A stretch of DNA of 62,987 nucleotides, counting the filler, from Saprolegnia diclina VS20 (lineage: Eukaryota), in the NCBI RefSeq assembly GCF_000281045.1. It is 5 parts of 2 records of this genome, joined end to end, with 100 filler letters (N's around TTAATTAATTAA, not from the genome) between each part and the next. Parts side by side here need not be neighbours in the genome. Positions count along the whole stretch, not along the records: positions 58,597 to 60,658 come from NW_008246102.1; positions 60,759 to 62,987 come from NW_008246102.1; 3 more parts are not named here. One strand, given 5' to 3'. Positions 58,597 to 62,987 of this stretch are shown here, piece by piece. The notes beneath the pieces are model-generated. The model was given only the letters and a program-made list of their open reading frames with translations. It was not told the DNA's origin and ran no database searches. The number at the start of each line of letters is the position of its first letter. Positions within the stretch are counted from its first letter, which is position 1. The translations under genes and the position numbers were made by a program.

Positions 58597-59750
58597 GATT
58601 GCCATAGCTATAACGCCACGTGATACGCAACACCGGGCATTTGCGATAGTGGCGCAGAGATGGCGATGTTGTGACCAGGGCGCACTCGGTATCGCAGGAG
58701 CGCTTTTGATCTGGTTGCCACTCACGTCCAAGGCGCAGAGGCCACGAGGCAGTGCCGGTACGAGCAGCGTCCTGTCGCATCCTGGAGGCCATTTCCGGCC
58801 AAGCACAGGGTCGGAAGCTGCGGCAAATGCCGTAGCATTGCAGCAACAAGCTGGGGTTGACAGTTGTCATATGAGAGGAGCGCTGTGTAAGGGTCGAGAG
58901 GTCACGCGCCTTGGGATGGCGCAGCGAGATAAGGTGCCAGCGACTGCCGTCCGTCATCGTCAGGTCAAAGTGCGTTCAGATCGAGTGACGTTGGCGTCGT
59001 CTCGAGCAGGGACTGCAAGCACCGAGTGGGCAGCTGGTTGGTTCTGAGCGCGAGAGCAGCGTCGTCAGCCGTGAAAAGTGCTTGCGCAAACGTCGTCGTG
59101 TTGACCCATGGGTTGCGCTGTCATCGCGGTTGACGACGCAAGCAGCGTCTTGCTCAATGTGGCGAGCAACGCGGCGTCGATGGACCGCAGCTCGAGCCGC
59201 GTCACCTGCCGAGAGCATAGCCACCACATGTTGTACGCTCTCGTCGGGAAGCATTTCGCTTGCATCGGGCTTGGGCAGGCGGACGACCGACAGGCGAGGC
59301 GCCACGCGACGGCGCCGTCGTGACCGGCACGTGTAGCGAAACGAGTCGCGGGCAGCTGGAGAGCGCACCAATATCGAGCTCAAGCATCGTTGTCGTTGAC
59401 GTGCTGGCACTCGAGTCCTACGTTGAAGGCGGTAGCAGTCTCCAGCGGCTGGGCTCCAGCGAGGTAGCGCGCGTCAAAGGCCTGCATGTGGCCATGCATG
59501 TGGTGGCGGCTGTATACATGCACCGTATCGTAGAGCGGTAGCGCGCCCATGACTCGCTCGAGCGTGTGCGGCAGCATCCACGCGCGCACGTGCAGCGCGG
59601 GCCAGACGTCACGCAGCGGAAGGAAGCCTACGAGCTCGAGGGCGGCGGCCAGCGTGCGCAAGAATCCGACCACCGTCTCGGCGTGTCCATGTAGCGCAGG
59701 ACGAGGCGCGCGCAGTCGGGCTGCAGCGACACGATTGGACGGTCCATCGT
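58597..59750 (-). pseudogene. Degenerate LRR/RNI-like gene (Saprolegniales-type), frame-disrupted
   Basis: LRR-like fragments (LELDIGALSSCPRLVSLHV, VTRLELRSI, LCALDVSGNQI) and an N-terminal 'VVGFLRTL..VWPALHV' segment are scattered over different frames with stops. Confidence 0.45.
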
Positions 59751-60658
59751 CGGCGTGACCAAGTGGCAAGTCGGTGACGGTTTCCCGGATGAGCGACAAC
59801 ATGTGGCCATTTGTGGCGAAATATGGCGCATGCCATATTTAATAAAACAGTCGATTCCTCGGACTGTAACCCTCGCACGACTACCAGGCATGGCGCGATG
59901 CACTCCCCGGAGCGTCTTCTATCACCTGCCAAAGCCTCGGCGATTTTATTTTCCGACGCGAGATCGGCGATCATTAGCGTCGGCGGCAGCGTGGTGGCAT
60001 CTCCGCCCTCTCGGATTGGCTAAAAATGGAGAAATTATTTTGCGAAAACCTTTTTTATGACTTGGAAATTGTATCACCCTCGGGTGGTATTGAGGTGGCA
60101 CATGCCGTTCATGAGGTGCGGAATCAGCGCCTATATTCGGCACATGCTGGCAAGCCGACGCTGCACCTCGAACCCACCTCGAACCCACGAGGCTGCATGC
60201 AAACAATACTTGCATGCGGGGTCACGACGCAGTTGTATACCCTGTCGTCAAAGTCTGCGGGGCGCAGTGAGTGTCAATCAAGTGTACCCAAGCCGCTGCA
60301 CTTTTTACAGTGCTCTGTATCGAGTTGTCGCTGCCGTCTTCGATCAATCTGTGCATACAGGACGGTGTATTGCTTGTGCTGGTCAATGAAGCCGTATCTT
60401 GTTCGTCGTCGGGTGGGTACTCTGGGCGCGCGATTCCATCGAAGTGCGTTCGACCGCAGTCGTCGAGGTCGTAGTAGTCGTAGTACGCGGCGTGATACAC
60501 AGCCGACGACGTCATCCTCCGCGACTTCCACGTCACCGCTGACTACACAACATCGGGCAACTCGGTCCAACTGCGTCGGCGGCGCCGTCACGATCACGCA
60601 CGCCACTGGACGACGACGTACGAGGCTCTCGACGGGGCTGTTGGTGTCGGGCGAGAGG

Positions 60659-60758
60659 NNNNNNNNNNNNNNNNNNNNNNNNNNNNNNNNNNNNNNNNNN
60701 NNTTAATTAATTAANNNNNNNNNNNNNNNNNNNNNNNNNNNNNNNNNNNNNNNNNNNN
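60659..60758. other. Assembly spacer (N44-TTAATTAATTAA-N44)
   Basis: Six-frame stop linker in an N-run. Confidence 0.97.
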
Positions 60759-61093
60759 CTGTGCGATTTCGAGACTTTCACGCATTTCCACGCACACAAT
60801 CAAGATCGCCAATCTTTATCCGGATCCGGATCGGTACCAAAGCATGGCATGCAATACCGGTAGGACACTGGGCTCTTGGGCGTCTGTTTCACGTGACGAC
60901 CCGACATGACGAGCTCGCGCATCTAGGGACGCCCCCAGGCACATTACCATATCCGAAGGAGCTCACTGCCAATATATCCATTCGTCGGATCGGCGGACCT
61001 CGTCTCATTGACGGCATTTTGTATGAAGGCTGTCGCATCTTCGCCGCTAATTTTGGCGCCAGCACGAGGCACTTGACAAAGTCGAAGACAGCT

Positions 61094-62987
61094 ATGTGGC
61101 TCCGCGGCATCGTCTCGAGCTACCTCACGCGCCGCTACTTGACGACGAGCGGCGATGCGAGCACGGCGCACACAGACGCGAGCAAGCCGGCGACGCACCA
61201 CGGCGAAACCAAGGACAAGACGGCGCGATACCGCATGTGGTACCGCATTCTGTCTAATCTCATGGCAGCGCTCCTCATTTGCCTCTCTCTGCTCATGCTC
61301 GGCATCGTCATTGGCCAAGGCACCTTTCACCGTGAAGTGGTCCAATACCACGCCCAAGACGAGAGCATATACTGGAACGACTTTGGCGCCAACTGTCTCT
61401 TGCGCTCCGGCGGGTTTGTGCCCCACTCGTGCGCCGTGGACGAAACCAACATCACGGGCACGATCGAAGCGTGGGACGGCTTTGGTGTCGCCCTCGCGGC
61501 AGCGCTCGATGTGCCACCACAAGCAACGTATTCTGTGTCAACCTGCTGGATGGGCGCGACGCCAGCGATCGGCTGGGCGTCCTTCCAGGTCGTCGTCGGC
61601 TACGACTACTTTCCCGCATGCAATCCCACCAACGGATCGCAACTGGTTGCGGGCGTCGCGATGCTCGAGACCGCAGCCCGCCCCGGGTTCCCGCTCGGCG
61701 TCTACCTCCTCACGGCGTTCTCGGACGTCCGCATGAACACATCGTACTCGTACGTGGGCTCGGACGGCGTGGTGACGCCGATCGTAGCTGGGCTTTCCCA
61801 CACAATCATCACGCCCAACGGCAGCGTCTACGCGGATGACATTGGCATGAACTCGATCATTACGTCCCACCCGCTCGGGCCCCGGTACGCAATCGTCTCG
61901 TACAACAATGGTCAGATCCTCAACATGACTCCGTACCTTGGCACACTCAAGGGCTGGTGCACGGGCCGCGACTCCAAGCTACCGATCTTAACGGGTTGGT
62001 TTGTCGGTCATACAGTCATGAACGGCGACGAACTACTCGCACTGCAGCTTCTCTTTTCGGCCCTGAGCATCTACTTGTTCGCGGGCGACGTCTACATGAC
62101 AATCGAAGGACTCAAAGGCGTCCTGCGCAACAAGCCCGTCTTGACGTACGACGTGCTCTCAGGTCTCGAACGTCGCAAGCTGCTCATGCTCTGCATCACG
62201 CTCAACTCGATGCCGTCCATCTTGTACATTGACGTGGCGCGCATCTACTATGGCACCGACTCGGGACTCAAAATCTGGGTTATTGCCACCGTCTCGCTGA
62301 GCATCTTTGCGGCCTTTATGGGCTTCCTCGCCATGACGCTGCTCCAATACCTTCCCGCGGCGCCCAAGCTACGCTACAAGCTTATCTCGTTCTCAGCGCC
62401 GCTCTTTCTCTACGGCAGCATCGGATTTGTGGCGGGCAACATTGAAAGCCAGATGCAAACACTCAACCTCCAGTTCAATAGCGGCGCGTTCAACCTCGCG
62501 TTCTACGCCCGCGGTACGTTTTGGGCGTCCGGCGCCTACGGCGAAGCGGGTGTACCGACAGCGATTGGTCAGCTGCTCCCGCGCATGTGGCCGCCAGTGC
62601 TGTGGGCGCTGCTGATCGCGACCGTGTACTCCAAGCTCATGCGGTTTCTCGAAGGCCGCCCGCTACTGGTTCACATTGAGTGGGCGGCGACCAATGATTT
62701 TCTCAGTGCGTGTGGTCTGCCAAAGTACATTTCAAGCATGCCACTGGGGCAGCACCAAGGCATCAAGATTGGCAACCGCACGTTCTGCAAGCCGAGTACG
62801 CAAGTGCTCTTTGGGTATGCGAGCGTCGTGCCCGTGGTCTCGAGCAAGAAGGTACTCGTCGCCGACCCGAAGAAGGAGGACCCTGAAATCGAGCTCGTGA
62901 GAGTCTACGATTTGGTCTGGGCTGTCTTTGGCTCTCTCTGCTCCTTTCGACCCGCCCGCGTCGGGTCCAACATACGCAATCATTTTA
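61094..62987 (+). CDS. Large multi-pass transmembrane protein of an uncharacterised oomycete family, running off the window end
   Basis: Uninterrupted frame of >630 codons from ATG 61094 (MWLRGIVSS...), absent from the ORF track because there is no stop in the window. It has an N-terminal TM, a Cys-containing extracellular domain with N-glycosylation sites and about 5-6 further TM helices. Confidence 0.8.
   Translation, partial: MWLRGIVSSYLTRRYLTTSGDASTAHTDASKPATHHGETKDKTARYRMWYRILSNLMAALLICLSLLMLGIVIGQGTFHREVVQYHAQDESIYWNDFGANCLLRSGGFVPHSCAVDETNITGTIEAWDGFGVALAAALDVPPQATYSVSTCWMGATPAIGWASFQVVVGYDYFPACNPTNGSQLVAGVAMLETAARPGFPLGVYLLTAFSDVRMNTSYSYVGSDGVVTPIVAGLSHTIITPNGSVYADDIGMNSIITSHPLGPRYAIVSYNNGQILNMTPYLGTLKGWCTGRDSKLPILTGWFVGHTVMNGDELLALQLLFSALSIYLFAGDVYMTIEGLKGVLRNKPVLTYDVLSGLERRKLLMLCITLNSMPSILYIDVARIYYGTDSGLKIWVIATVSLSIFAAFMGFLAMTLLQYLPAAPKLRYKLISFSAPLFLYGSIGFVAGNIESQMQTLNLQFNSGAFNLAFYARGTFWASGAYGEAGVPTAIGQLLPRMWPPVLWALLIATVYSKLMRFLEGRPLLVHIEWAATNDFLSACGLPKYISSMPLGQHQGIKIGNRTFCKPSTQVLFGYASVVPVVSSKKVLVADPKKEDPEIELVRVYDLVWAVFGSLCSFRPARVGSNIRNHF

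Noticed and set aside
1..62987. tRNA, rRNA, CRISPR arrays or prokaryotic operons
   Set aside because: None recognised. The bacterial-like genes (lpxC, cyclase, GIN) sit among intron-containing eukaryotic genes on the same contigs.

Overview
This is GC-rich, gene-dense eukaryotic DNA that looks like an oomycete of the Saprolegniales (Saprolegnia/Achlya-like). The assignment is inferred from 45-65 nt introns with GTACG/GTAG donors, INR-FPR core promoters (TCATTYYNCAATTTG-like) and oomycete-typical families (BT1 transporters, elicitin-like, WRKY19-like zinc fingers, 'AMDxAAxNGHL' ankyrins). The window consists of five contigs joined by four artificial 100-nt N44-TTAATTAATTAA-N44 spacers. It holds about 35 protein genes. 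Many are housekeeping: ETFA, TRMO, KIF6, uS5m, TRM5, NAA50, ARFRP1, PIG-S, PEN-2, NHE, mL59 and NudC. The accessory surface or secreted families are two GIN-domain adhesin-like paralogs, three MARVEL-like proteins, a two-domain elicitin-like protein and two multi-SUEL lectin genes. The most notable observations are: an intron-containing, catalytically intact lipid-A-pathway LpxC with no visible targeting peptide; an obligatory U12-type AT-AC intron in the ELMO-domain gene; an 8-domain SUEL lectin with an intron at the same site in domains 1-6; a tandem-fused, intronless bacterial-like cyclase with a Gln-substituted metal motif; a TA-flanked MITE-like element; and a 136-bp inverted duplication. 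All product calls come from motif recognition by eye, with no database searches.
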